A DNA stretch of 12,818 bases from a virus, in the UHGV virus genome UHGV-0342252; one strand, written 5' to 3'. The notes beneath the pieces are model-generated. The model searched no databases and was not told the DNA's origin. It worked only from the letters and a program-made list of their open reading frames with translations. The number at the start of each line of letters is the position of its first letter. Position 1 is the first letter of the stretch. Positions 1 through 6,901 of this stretch are shown here, one piece after another. The position numbers were made by a program, and so were the translations under genes.

Positions 1-28
1 TTCTCTGCCGCGCGCTTCTTTGCGTAGA

Positions 29-241
29 TTAGCCATTTACCTTCCCTCGCAATTGAAGAATTGACTGAAGGTCTTTTTTAATAAATATGCGAGTGCGGAT
101 TGAGCAGTAGTTTTCCTTCATTCTGGCGTAGTAATAGTCCTTTCGTTGTTTAAGCTTGTTGGCATCCGCTGTCATCCAGTCTTTTACAGCAAACTTAATT
201 AACCAGCGGTGGCAGAGATACCATTTCAGGTAATCACTCAT
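29..241 (-). CDS. hypothetical nin-region protein (70 aa)
   Basis: ORF-track ORF; ATG at 241..239 overlaps the stop of the upstream gene by 8 nt (ATGAGTGA), consistent with translational coupling in a minus-strand operon. No motif recognised. Confidence 0.4.
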   Translation of the reverse strand: MSDYLKWYLCHRWLIKFAVKDWMTADANKLKQRKDYYYARMKENYCSIRTRIFIKKDLQSILQLRGKVNG

Positions 242-410
242 CGTCTTCTTCCTCGTACATTGAGCTATTCGGATCGCTCATCAGTTCTGCGCAGCAGTGC
301 TCACACACATGAACTTCCAGCACATGCAGCTTCTGACTGCAGTTAGCGCACGTTAAAGCCCGCTCGACGCTTTCTTTCTGGTATTGAAGGGATTGGGATG
401 GGCTAAGCAT
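234..410 (-). CDS. small C4 zinc-ribbon protein with acidic C-terminus (58 aa)
   Basis: CxxC-x11-CxxC pattern (TCANCS...VCEHCC) and EEEDDE tail. Start chosen at ATG 410..408 (GGTGA upstream, 8-nt overlap with upstream stop); the ORF-track ORF extends to 464, so the start is uncertain. Confidence 0.45.
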   Translation of the reverse strand: MLSPSQSLQYQKESVERALTCANCSQKLHVLEVHVCEHCCAELMSDPNSSMYEEEDDE

Positions 411-810
411 GGCTTTCACCATTAAAAAGTCGCTTGTAAGCATCAATGTCTCGTTTTGCTTCACCGAGCTTTCGTCTTAATTCCATGTTTTCTGATTCAA
501 GCTTTTCCATGTCTTGTTGGTATCGATCGCGGTGTTCTTTCCATGCTTTTTGATACGCCTTCATGTATGTCATGTTGGCCTTTCTCTTTGCCTGACGAAC
601 TGCGTGGTGGTTTTCTACAAACCACTCAGGGTCGTTAAATGCTGCTCTGGCGCATGTATACCAATAATTTGTTGCCTCCCTGTTTAGCCAATAAATACTG
701 ATAAATGGCAACTGGATAGACACCATTTTTCGTTGAGACTCTTTCTCGCCAAACATGTGTCCTTTTTTGATGCTAAGGCCAAATCCAGGTTGAATTAAAA
801 GCATTGTCAT
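403..810 (-). CDS. hypothetical protein (135 aa), charged/helical C-terminal half
   Basis: ORF-track ORF; ATG at 810..808 overlaps the upstream stop (ATGA). No family recognised. Confidence 0.5.
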   Translation of the reverse strand: MTMLLIQPGFGLSIKKGHMFGEKESQRKMVSIQLPFISIYWLNREATNYWYTCARAAFNDPEWFVENHHAVRQAKRKANMTYMKAYQKAWKEHRDRYQQDMEKLESENMELRRKLGEAKRDIDAYKRLFNGESHA

Positions 811-983
811 TTCCTCGCACGATGTCTAAGCCACCGGATATCCCACAGGTGAGCCGTGTAATTGAAGGTTTTTACGTCAGATTCTTTTGGGATTGGCTTG
901 CGTTTATTTCTGGAGCGTTTCGTTGGAAGGTATTTGCAGTTTTCACAGATTATGTCGGTGATACTTCGTCGCTGTCGTCTCAT
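807..983 (-). CDS. small basic nin-region protein (58 aa), possibly NinE-like
   Basis: Internal ATG at 983..981 overlaps the ninB stop (ATGA); product [20 protein letters not shown]... is Arg/Lys-rich. Position directly after ninB matches where ninE sits in lambdoid prophages; the family assignment is a guess. Confidence 0.4.
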   Translation of the reverse strand: MRRQRRSITDIICENCKYLPTKRSRNKRKPIPKESDVKTFNYTAHLWDIRWLRHRARK

Positions 984-1441
984 TCGTACCTCCTGTCGGT
1001 AAATCTGACACCCTGACCAATAGCCCATGCTGTTGTGTACTCGATCAGACTTGCCATACGCTTCACGCTCATCTGCGCGCTGCTTTCGCGAATGTTGACG
1101 TATTCGCCTTCAAGGCCGGGCAAAACATCAGCTTCCTGCTTTGTTGCCACTGCATGACCGCTTATCAACAAAACCTTCCATTGTTCTGGTTTTAACCATT
1201 TGCCGCACCATTGAACCTGACTTGCGATATCCGCCAGCATCGCGTGAAATTTTGCGTTCTGGTCAAGGTTGCGCTTGTAGTCAGTAATGCGGATGGTAAC
1301 TGGCTTGTCTTTATCGAGTGGTGTTGCGAGGATGGCGTCGTGCAGCAGGTGAATGCTCATACAACTCATCAATCGGCAAACTGGACGATGAACGATACCG
1401 ATACCAACGCACCAACTCTTCACGAAAATTAGCCCTGACAA
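980..1441 (-). CDS. ninB: NinB-like recombination protein
   Basis: Central region ([44 protein letters not shown]) resembles lambda NinB as I recall it (KPIVVTIQERNRSLDQNRKLWACLGDVSRQVEWHGRWLDAESWK). Maximal ORF begins with TTG at 1441; real start may be an internal ATG (1369 or 1360). No convincing SD at any candidate. Confidence 0.6.
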   Translation of the reverse strand: MSGLIFVKSWCVGIGIVHRPVCRLMSCMSIHLLHDAILATPLDKDKPVTIRITDYKRNLDQNAKFHAMLADIASQVQWCGKWLKPEQWKVLLISGHAVATKQEADVLPGLEGEYVNIRESSAQMSVKRMASLIEYTTAWAIGQGVRFTDRRYE

Positions 1442-1489
1442 GCTCAGCTATCGTACTCATTTCTTAAAGCCTCCAATTCCCTCTCCCCC

Positions 1490-1521
1490 AAATAAAAAGG
1501 CCTGCGATTACCAGCAGGCCT
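1490..1521 (-). terminator. intrinsic terminator after the primase-helicase gene (tR2-like position)
   Basis: On the minus strand: 8-bp perfect stem AGGCCTGC / GCAGGCCT (1521..1498) with 8-nt loop, followed by TTTTATTT (1497..1490), about 30 nt after the helicase stop. Confidence 0.6.
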
Positions 1522-1550
1522 GTTATTAGCTCAGTGATGTAGATGGTCAT

Positions 1551-3431
1551 TTAATACTCCGTCACGTTTTCCTGTCGCCACGCCTCGTCATATTCCGATT
1601 TCGGCATATTGGCGATGTAGCTATAAGGCGATCCTGATTCAAGTTGCAGGAACTGGTGCGATTGCTCGTCAAGGAACAAAGGGACGCCACCTTCCCAACC
1701 TTCGCCGTTACGTTGTTTTTCAAGCATCAAAACAGATGCCGGAGATGCCAGTAGCTGTTCGTCCTTCTCTGACATCTTTTCACCACTCTGAACTCTCTGT
1801 AACGCTCTCTCGCGAGCCTTGTTACGCCAGATGATGAAAAGGTTGTCTGTCAGGTCTGTTATCGCTCCAGAGCCTTTTACGTCCATTTTCCCGGTTGGTT
1901 TTTCTTCGCTGTCTCCTTTTCGCGAGTGAGTAACGAGAATGACGTGGGAGTTTGTTTTGTTTTTGAAGTCGCAAATCGAGTCAACAAACGCCTTCTGCCC
2001 GTTATAGTCATCGTCGCCTATGCCACATTTCATCAGGCTGTCGATGATGAATAACTGGATCCCGTATCGGCGGCGAGCGTAGTCGAATATTTCGATCAGC
2101 CTGTCGGCTTTCGCCGTTCCGGTCAGACCAAACACCCAAAGTCTTTCGTCATAAAATTTAAATGCAGAGTCAATTTCCAGCACTGGCGGCATCTTGCAGC
2201 ACGTCGCCTGACGGGTAAGGCGCTTAAGGAGAATACCAGGCTTCAGCTCAAGTGACGCGATGCACGTCTTCACACCCTGACGCATTGCCTCAAGTGCCAT
2301 ATGCCCGACAACCTCCGTTTTTCCGTGACCGTTCACACCATTGACCAGCGTCAACTCTGCCTCACGGAACTGGAATTTATCTGCCAGAGATTCCCACGGT
2401 GGATTAAACAGATACTGCTGCTTGCCGTAGAAAGCGTTGATAGTGTCCTGGTAAAACTCTCGCGCGCTGTAGAGTTCTTCAGGATCGAAGTAGGATGCCG
2501 TGCCGATGTACTGCCAGATTTCATCCTCGGTAACACCGTTCATCAGGCATTCGTTGATGTCTTTGTACGGCAGAGTAACAAGACGGCAACGATGTTCACC
2601 GAGTCGGCTTGCGATTTCCCTTGCGGCTTCACGACCAACATCATCAACGTCCATCGAGATGAATATTTCCTCAAACCTGTCGAGGTTGTGATACTCAAAC
2701 TCAATCCACTGTTGCTTAGCGCCTTTCCCGCCACCAAACGGCACGGATAACGCCGAGATGCCGTATTGCGCATAGCTCATACAATCAATTTCGCCTTCGC
2801 AAAGTACAACCGCCCTCACGCCAGCGTCCAGAGCCTGCCATCCGAACAGACAAGGTTCGCAATCACCTTCTGCCATAATGACTTTCTTCCCGTCCGGGCG
2901 CTCAGTGCTGATTCGCTTGACCTGCAACAACTCACCATCGCGTTTGTACGGAATCACCAGAGCATCCAGTTCTCGCTCTCCATTCCACACCTTGCCGCTG
3001 ACAACCTCGTAGCGCTTTACGACTTCTGGCGATATGCCACGCGATTGCAGGTACTCAAGATGGGATTCTGTTCTGGTAACGTAGCGGGCGATTTTCTTGC
3101 GATCAGGTCTGGAGAATTTCTTCTCACGTTTGGCATCGAAATGGTGATCGTCATCCTTGATACCGAGAAATGCTTTCGCTTCCTGCATAGCCTGATGCAG
3201 GTTAATTCCTCGACATGCCATCCACAAATCAAGCATGTCACCGCCGTCCCCCTCAGCGAAATCAGCCCATTTTTTCTTGCCGCTAAGGTTGACCTTAAGG
3301 CTGTTTCCCTTGTCACCGTTGACGTTACCGGCAACCCACTCATGCCCCTCTTTCTTGCCGTTTGGCAACAGGTGCGGAGCCACCCTGTCAACCTGCGCCC
3401 AAAGCAGGTCGCTAAGTTCACTTGGCGTCAT
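1551..3431 (-). CDS. primase-helicase fusion (Toprim primase + DnaB/T7 gp4-type SF4 helicase), 626 aa
   Basis: Toprim motifs (VVLCEGEIDCMS; ISMDVDDVGREAA), Walker A (NGVNGHGKTEVV), Walker B-like (QLFIIDSLMK). N-terminal region resembles a primase zinc-binding domain but has no cysteines. ATG overlaps the stop of a small upstream ORF (ATGA). Confidence 0.85.
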   Translation of the reverse strand: MTPSELSDLLWAQVDRVAPHLLPNGKKEGHEWVAGNVNGDKGNSLKVNLSGKKKWADFAEGDGGDMLDLWMACRGINLHQAMQEAKAFLGIKDDDHHFDAKREKKFSRPDRKKIARYVTRTESHLEYLQSRGISPEVVKRYEVVSGKVWNGERELDALVIPYKRDGELLQVKRISTERPDGKKVIMAEGDCEPCLFGWQALDAGVRAVVLCEGEIDCMSYAQYGISALSVPFGGGKGAKQQWIEFEYHNLDRFEEIFISMDVDDVGREAAREIASRLGEHRCRLVTLPYKDINECLMNGVTEDEIWQYIGTASYFDPEELYSAREFYQDTINAFYGKQQYLFNPPWESLADKFQFREAELTLVNGVNGHGKTEVVGHMALEAMRQGVKTCIASLELKPGILLKRLTRQATCCKMPPVLEIDSAFKFYDERLWVFGLTGTAKADRLIEIFDYARRRYGIQLFIIDSLMKCGIGDDDYNGQKAFVDSICDFKNKTNSHVILVTHSRKGDSEEKPTGKMDVKGSGAITDLTDNLFIIWRNKARERALQRVQSGEKMSEKDEQLLASPASVLMLEKQRNGEGWEGGVPLFLDEQSHQFLQLESGSPYSYIANMPKSEYDEAWRQENVTEY

Positions 3432-3535
3432 GATTCCCTCAGATTGAGATTTTTAAACCAGAAATCGACAAACGAAATACTTAACCAGCCGTGGTTATAA
3501 CCAGCGACCAGTAGCGATTTGATTTTTGATTTCAT
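3428..3535 (-). CDS. possible small hydrophobic peptide (35 aa) bridging O-like and helicase genes
   Basis: ATG at 3535..3533 begins 3 nt after the O-like stop; stop TGA overlaps the helicase ATG (ATGA). Product MKSKIKSLLVAGYNHGWLSISFVDFWFKNLNLRES. No independent SD; could be non-coding spacer. Confidence 0.3.
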   Translation of the reverse strand: MKSKIKSLLVAGYNHGWLSISFVDFWFKNLNLRES

Positions 3536-3538
3536 GGT

Positions 3539-4399
3539 TCACCTGTCGAAAAACACGTAGCCAGTTTTCGATACGGTGATTGCGGATGATGGTTTGGATT
3601 GTGGTTGAATGGTTTCTGGCTTTTCGTCGTTCCAGCGCTGACCGTTCAGGTAGCTCGATGGTAACAACCTGTCGAATCCGAACTGCTTACCATTCCTGCA
3701 TGCGATGTCTTCTGCCAGCATCGTGGCAAACTCGCTTGCCGTACCCCTGGTAGTTTTACGCCATTCCCTGAACTGTGTTCTGAATGCCGAAGCTGCGTTT
3801 TTCTTCCCGGCTTTCCGCATGCCTGCACACCAGAATATTTCCTCGAATGCCTTGTCGGTTTCTTCGTGACGGTCATGTGATTTTTCACACTCCGTCCGAA
3901 CACTTTCGGACATAGTGTTTTTATTATTTCTTTTTTCTTTTGTAATAGTTTCTTTTGTGTGTCCCTGTTTTGGTGACAGCGCTGTCACCGTTTTGGTGAC
4001 ACTTTTTGTCACCAATGCAGTGACATTATCACCAGAGTAGTGACACCCTTCTATTTGCCATTCCTCGATGTTCTTGTTAGGCCCGATTTGCTGGCCTTCG
4101 CGAAGGATAACCTTCATCGCGATAAGCTCATTCTTGGCCTTGTTTACCTTCTGTCTTGGCAGCCTGGTAATTTGAGCTAACTGACTATCAGAGATGCGAT
4201 CCATCTTTTTACCGTAGCCGTATGTTTTACGGCATATGGCGTGGGCAACCTTGCTCTGATTTTTCGTTAAATCTGCGCCGATAAGCTCTTCATACAGGGC
4301 ATTTGCAAGACGGGTATAACCATCTTCAACTTCTGCCACACGACGCTCCACAGGCCGTTGTGAAGGCCTTAAATGTGTTACGGTTGCAAGATTACTCAT
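3539..4399 (-). CDS. replication initiator, lambda O-like N-terminal domain with a distinct C-terminal domain (286 aa)
   Basis: N-terminus ([55 protein letters not shown]...GPNKNIEEW) closely parallels lambda O as I recall it; iteron repeats and an A+T-rich tract lie mid-gene; strong SD (AGGAG) before the ATG. The C-terminal half does not resemble lambda O. Confidence 0.85.
   Translation of the reverse strand: MSNLATVTHLRPSQRPVERRVAEVEDGYTRLANALYEELIGADLTKNQSKVAHAICRKTYGYGKKMDRISDSQLAQITRLPRQKVNKAKNELIAMKVILREGQQIGPNKNIEEWQIEGCHYSGDNVTALVTKSVTKTVTALSPKQGHTKETITKEKRNNKNTMSESVRTECEKSHDRHEETDKAFEEIFWCAGMRKAGKKNAASAFRTQFREWRKTTRGTASEFATMLAEDIACRNGKQFGFDRLLPSSYLNGQRWNDEKPETIQPQSKPSSAITVSKTGYVFFDR
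3915..4047. other. ori-like element inside the O-like gene: GTGACA-type iterons (3972..4047) next to an A+T-rich tract (3915..3960)
   Basis: About seven copies of GGTGACA/TGTCACC in alternating orientation, including perfect palindromes GGTGACAGC/GCTGTCACC, followed in gene direction by a T/A-rich stretch; same layout as lambda ori within O. Iterons encode the VT-rich linker ([17 protein letters not shown]). Confidence 0.7.
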
Positions 4400-4538
4400 G
4401 ACCTTTCTCCTTCTGCATCAGCTTCACTTTTTCCAACTCAGCCCGGAATCGACCAGGCTGCTTGAAGCTGGACAGGAAGCGATCACGTAGTATGTGTTTG
4501 TGAATTTTGTCCTGGTAAGGACTGAGTTGTTTTGTCAT
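4392..4538 (-). CDS. small basic ORF (48 aa) between cII and the O-like gene
   Basis: Strong SD (AGGAG) 6 nt before ATG 4538..4536; stop overlaps the O-like ATG by 8 nt (ATGAGTAA). Product [48 protein letters not shown]. The SD+ATG appear to be those used by O in lambda. Confidence 0.4.
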   Translation of the reverse strand: MTKQLSPYQDKIHKHILRDRFLSSFKQPGRFRAELEKVKLMQKEKGHE

Positions 4539-4548
4539 AATGACTCCT

Positions 4549-4626
4549 GTGGATTGATCCAGTAATGACCTCAGAATTCCATCTGGATTTGTTCAGAACG
4601 CTCGGTTGCCGCCGGGCGTTTTTTAT
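4549..4626 (+). ncRNA. oop: OOP-like antisense RNA overlapping the 3' end of cII
   Basis: Plus-strand sequence ...GAACGCTCGGTTGCCGCCGGGCGTTTTTTATT matches the lambda oop terminator region as I recall it (GC-rich hairpin plus T-run ending about 4624); a CATAAT -10 candidate lies at 4536..4541. The -35 is not convincing, so the 5' end is approximate. Confidence 0.45.
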
Positions 4627-4864
4627 TGGTGAGAATCGAAGCAACTTGTCGTGCCAATCGAGCCATATCGTCGTCAACGACGCCCCATTCAAGAACAGCA
4701 AGCAGCATTGAGAACTTTGGAATCCAGTCCCTCTTCCACCTGCTGATCTGCGACTTATCAACTCCCACAGCTTCCGCTGTCTTCTCAGTTCCAAGCATTG
4801 CGATTTTGTTAAGCAACGCACTCTCGATTCGTAGAGCCTCGTTGCGTTTGTTTGCACGAACCAT
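4571..4864 (-). CDS. cII: transcriptional activator CII (97 aa)
   Basis: Translation from ATG 4864..4862 ([97 protein letters not shown]) matches lambda CII from memory nearly residue for residue. The ORF-track ORF 4571..4924 extends upstream without support. Confidence 0.95.
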   Translation of the reverse strand: MVRANKRNEALRIESALLNKIAMLGTEKTAEAVGVDKSQISRWKRDWIPKFSMLLAVLEWGVVDDDMARLARQVASILTNKKRPAATERSEQIQMEF

Positions 4865-4880
4865 ATGTAAGTATTTCCTT
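4842..4880 (+). promoter_or_regulatory. pRE-like promoter with CII box TTGC-N6-TTGC
   Basis: TTGCGTTTGTTTGC at 4842..4855 on the plus strand (the CII recognition repeat), followed by AAGTAT -10 candidate about 4870..4875; reads through cro in antisense toward cI, as in lambda. Confidence 0.7.
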
Positions 4881-4943
4881 AGATAACAATTGATTGAATG
4901 TATGCAAATAAATGCATACACCATAGGTGTGGTTTAATTTGAT

Positions 4944-4976
4944 GCCCTTTTTCAGGGCTGGGATGTGTAAGAGCGG
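4944..4976 (-). promoter_or_regulatory. nutR (boxA + boxB), with the rho-dependent tR1 region expected between it and cII
   Basis: Minus strand reads CGCTCTTACACATCCCAGCCCTGAAAAAGGGC: boxA CGCTCTTA (4975..4968) and boxB hairpin GCCCTGAAAAAGGGC (4958..4944), just downstream of the cro-like stop. Confidence 0.85.
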
Positions 4977-4983
4977 GAATGTC

Positions 4984-5199
4984 TTAAGCGGCTTTGTGTT
5001 CCGGCGGGAACAAGCCATCTAGCGTTGTCTTGCTCCCCAATTTATTCAGCGCCTTTACCAGGCGACGGCACGACTCTAAATCTGGAGTCCGGATACCTGA
5101 CTCGTAGTTAGCTAAGCGGGACTGGTTCCAGCCACACGCGCCTGCTAACGCAGATTGAGTGATGCCAAGCTTTTTCCGTTCGTTGGCAATGTTGTTCAT
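4984..5199 (-). CDS. cro: Cro-like HTH repressor (71 aa), not lambda Cro type
   Basis: First gene downstream of pR, divergent from cI; SD AAGGA before the ATG. HTH (LAGACGWNQSRLANYESGIRTP) is very similar to the cI HTH (LAELCGWASQSRIGNYESGTRSV), as expected for proteins sharing operators. Confidence 0.75.
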   Translation of the reverse strand: MNNIANERKKLGITQSALAGACGWNQSRLANYESGIRTPDLESCRRLVKALNKLGSKTTLDGLFPPEHKAA

Positions 5200-5303
5200 A
5201 GGTTTCCTTAAGAGCTAGTTCACTCAGTCTTTATTAAACACATATTGTGATTGATAGTCAACACAAATCGTGTAAAGCCTTAAACCACGGAATGTGATAT
5301 AAA
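5200..5303. promoter_or_regulatory. oR / pR / pRM control region with three operator-like sites
   Basis: Three sites with a CAC-N5-GTG core (ACACATATTGTGAT 5238..5251; ACACAAATCGTGTA 5261..5274; CCACGGAATGTGAT 5284..5297) spaced about 23 bp apart. pR on the minus strand: -35 TTGACT (5261..5256), 17-bp spacer, -10 TTTAAT (5238..5233). A weak pRM -10 candidate (GATATA near 5296..5301) would give a near-leaderless cI transcript. Confidence 0.7.
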
Positions 5304-5945
5304 ATGCGCATGAACAGAACAGAAACTATCGCCGCGCGTATCAAGCGATTACGGGAAGATAAAGGGCTTTCACAGAAGGCTCTGGCGGAGCTTTGCGGCT
5401 GGGCTTCACAATCTCGGATCGGCAACTATGAATCAGGAACCAGAAGCGTTAGTGTTGATGACGCAGAGGTAATAGCTAAAGCTTTGGGCGTCGCTCCGGC
5501 AGAACTGCTTTTTGGCGACAACTATCAGGGACAATACAAGCCAGGGGAAAAGTTTCCGTTGATTAGCTGGGTTAGCGCAGGTGCATGGAGTGAGGCCGTA
5601 GAGCCGTACAACCCTCAGGCAGTGGATGAGTGGTATGAATCAGATTGTCACGTTGTCGGTGACGCCTTCTGGCTCAGGGTTCAGGGCGACTCAATGACAG
5701 CTCCTACCGGCCTTAGCGTTCCTGAGGGTATGCTGGTTCTGTTCGACACTGGAAAGGAAGCCGTTAATGGAAGCCTGGTAGTTGCGAAGCTGACAGATGC
5801 TAATGAAGCCACGTTCAAGAAGCTAATCATTGATGGCGGTAACAAATACCTGAAAGGGCTTAACCCTGCCTATCCGTTGATCCCAATCGACGGCAACTGC
5901 AAGATAATCGGCGTAGCAGTGCAGATGATGATGAAATTCTCCTGA
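5304..5945 (+). CDS. cI: CI-type prophage repressor with LexA-like S24 autopeptidase domain (213 aa)
   Basis: N-terminal HTH; C-terminal domain with Ala-Gly cleavage site (SWVSAGAW), Ser (QGDSMTAP) and Lys (VVAKL) resembles the P22 C2 / lambda CI family. Alternative start at ATG 5310. Confidence 0.9.
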   Translation: MRMNRTETIAARIKRLREDKGLSQKALAELCGWASQSRIGNYESGTRSVSVDDAEVIAKALGVAPAELLFGDNYQGQYKPGEKFPLISWVSAGAWSEAVEPYNPQAVDEWYESDCHVVGDAFWLRVQGDSMTAPTGLSVPEGMLVLFDTGKEAVNGSLVVAKLTDANEATFKKLIIDGGNKYLKGLNPAYPLIPIDGNCKIIGVAVQMMMKFS

Positions 5946-5968
5946 TATCCCAGCCACTTAAAAACATC

Positions 5969-5993
5969 AAACCCGCTTCGGCGGGTTTTTTGT
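5969..5993 (+). terminator. intrinsic terminator directly after cI
   Basis: ACCCGC-TTCG-GCGGGT hairpin (5971..5986) followed by a T-run. Confidence 0.7.
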
Positions 5994-6032
5994 TGCCCAA
6001 AGAAAATTAAATTACCTTAAAAATCAATGAAA

Positions 6033-6095
6033 ACACGTGTTGTGATAAAAACAATCACATTTCGTGTTGACAGCACGAACACAATTTGTGATTAT
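6033..6095 (+). promoter_or_regulatory. oL / pL: three operator-like sites and the leftward early promoter
   Basis: -35 TTGACA (6067..6072), 17-bp spacer, -10 GATTAT (6090..6095). Three sites with the same CAC-N5-GTG core as oR (6033..6046, 6055..6068, 6079..6092) overlap the promoter elements. Confidence 0.75.
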
Positions 6096-6134
6096 CTAGC
6101 CATCAGCAGGACGCACTGACCACCATGAAGGTGA

Positions 6135-6165
6135 CGCTCTTAAAAATTAAGCCCTGAAGAAGGGC
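6135..6165 (+). promoter_or_regulatory. nutL (boxA + boxB)
   Basis: CGCTCTTAA (6135..6143) and GCCCTGAAGAAGGGC (6151..6165), matching lambda nutL as recalled. Confidence 0.85.
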
Positions 6166-6433
6166 AGCATTCAAAGCAGAAGGCTTTGGGGTGTGGTGAA
6201 GCCAGCTAGTCACTGGCAAGTGCTTACCTACTGTTGAGCGGTGAAGCGCTCCCAACGCTAGCAATAGCGTGGACGAGATGGGGAGCCGCGGGCGATAAGG
6301 CCGCCATAACGCGCACGTTGTCGCATGGAAAAATCGCTGGGGTGCCGGTTATACCCCTCCGAATGAGACTCAACAAGCTGGAGCTAGACTACCAGCCACC
6401 ACACCACCAAAGCTAACTGACAGGAGAATGACC

Positions 6434-6565
6434 ATGAATAACGAAGCGCTTAAAGAAATGATTGCGAAACTCCTTGAGGACGCACGCCGAATTCAAGAAG
6501 TGGAGCCAAACGCAGGGACACAATCACGTATTGATGAAGCGATGAAGTTGCTCAAAGGAGAATAA
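6434..6565 (+). CDS. small ORF (43 aa) immediately upstream of N
   Basis: SD AGGAG (6422..6426) 7 nt before the ATG; stop TAA lies between the SD and ATG of N. Product MNNEALKEMIAKLLEDARRIQEVEPNAGTQSRIDEAMKLLKGE, predicted helical. Below the ORF-track size cutoff. Confidence 0.45.
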   Translation: MNNEALKEMIAKLLEDARRIQEVEPNAGTQSRIDEAMKLLKGE

Positions 6566-6566
6566 A

Positions 6567-6893
6567 ATGGATGCACAAGCACGCCGCCGCGAACGTCGCG
6601 CAGAGAAACAGGCTCAATGGAAAGCAGCAAATCCCCTGTTGGTTGGGGTAAGCGCAAAACCAGTTAACCGCCCTATTCTCTCGCTGAATCACAAACCGAA
6701 ATCACGAGTAGAAAGCGCACTGAATCCGATAGACCTTACGGTGCTGGCTGAATACCACGAACAGATTGAAAGCAACCTGCAACGTATTGAGCGCAAGAAT
6801 CAGCGCACATGGTACAGCAAGCCACGCAGTGAAATGGGTGTGACTTGTGTTGGTCGCCAGAAAATGAAATTAGGCAGCAAGCCACTTATTTGA
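6567..6893 (+). CDS. N: antitermination protein N (108 aa)
   Basis: MDAQARRRERRAEKQAQWKAANPLLVGVSAKPVNRPILSLN... matches lambda N from memory over almost its whole length, including the Arg-rich boxB-binding N-terminus; cognate nutL and nutR boxB sites are present. Confidence 0.95.
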   Translation: MDAQARRRERRAEKQAQWKAANPLLVGVSAKPVNRPILSLNHKPKSRVESALNPIDLTVLAEYHEQIESNLQRIERKNQRTWYSKPRSEMGVTCVGRQKMKLGSKPLI

Positions 6894-6901
6894 GGTGAGA
6901 T

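Noticed and set aside
2766-3500. 244-codon plus-strand ORF, with other plus-strand ORFs at 2301..2750, 2500..2691 and 3235..3447
   Set aside because: All are antisense to the well-supported primase-helicase gene, have no start signals, and would break the minus-strand operon logic.
3972-4047. Short repeats considered as a possible CRISPR array
   Set aside because: Units are 6-7 bp with alternating orientation and irregular spacing, inside a coding region next to an A+T-rich tract; this is an origin iteron pattern, not repeat-spacer architecture.
4483-4857. 124-codon minus-strand ORF overlapping cII
   Set aside because: Alternate frame of the clearly identified cII gene and cII-O intergenic region; no independent support.
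4571-4924. Extended 117-codon version of cII
   Set aside because: The extension runs into the pRE region and has no counterpart in lambda CII; ATG 4864 gives the canonical 97-aa protein.
4809-5018. 69-codon minus-strand ORF spanning the nutR region
   Set aside because: Overlaps nutR and the cro 3' end in another frame; the region is accounted for by known regulatory elements.
6234-6416. 60-codon TTG-initiated ORF in the N leader
   Set aside because: Non-ATG start with no SD, Ala/Gly/Arg-rich product typical of random G+C-rich frames; noted only as part of the divergent leader.
6170-6420. G+C-rich segment considered as a possible tRNA
   Set aside because: I could not find a T-loop consensus or a cloverleaf by eye; not supportable without a dedicated scan.
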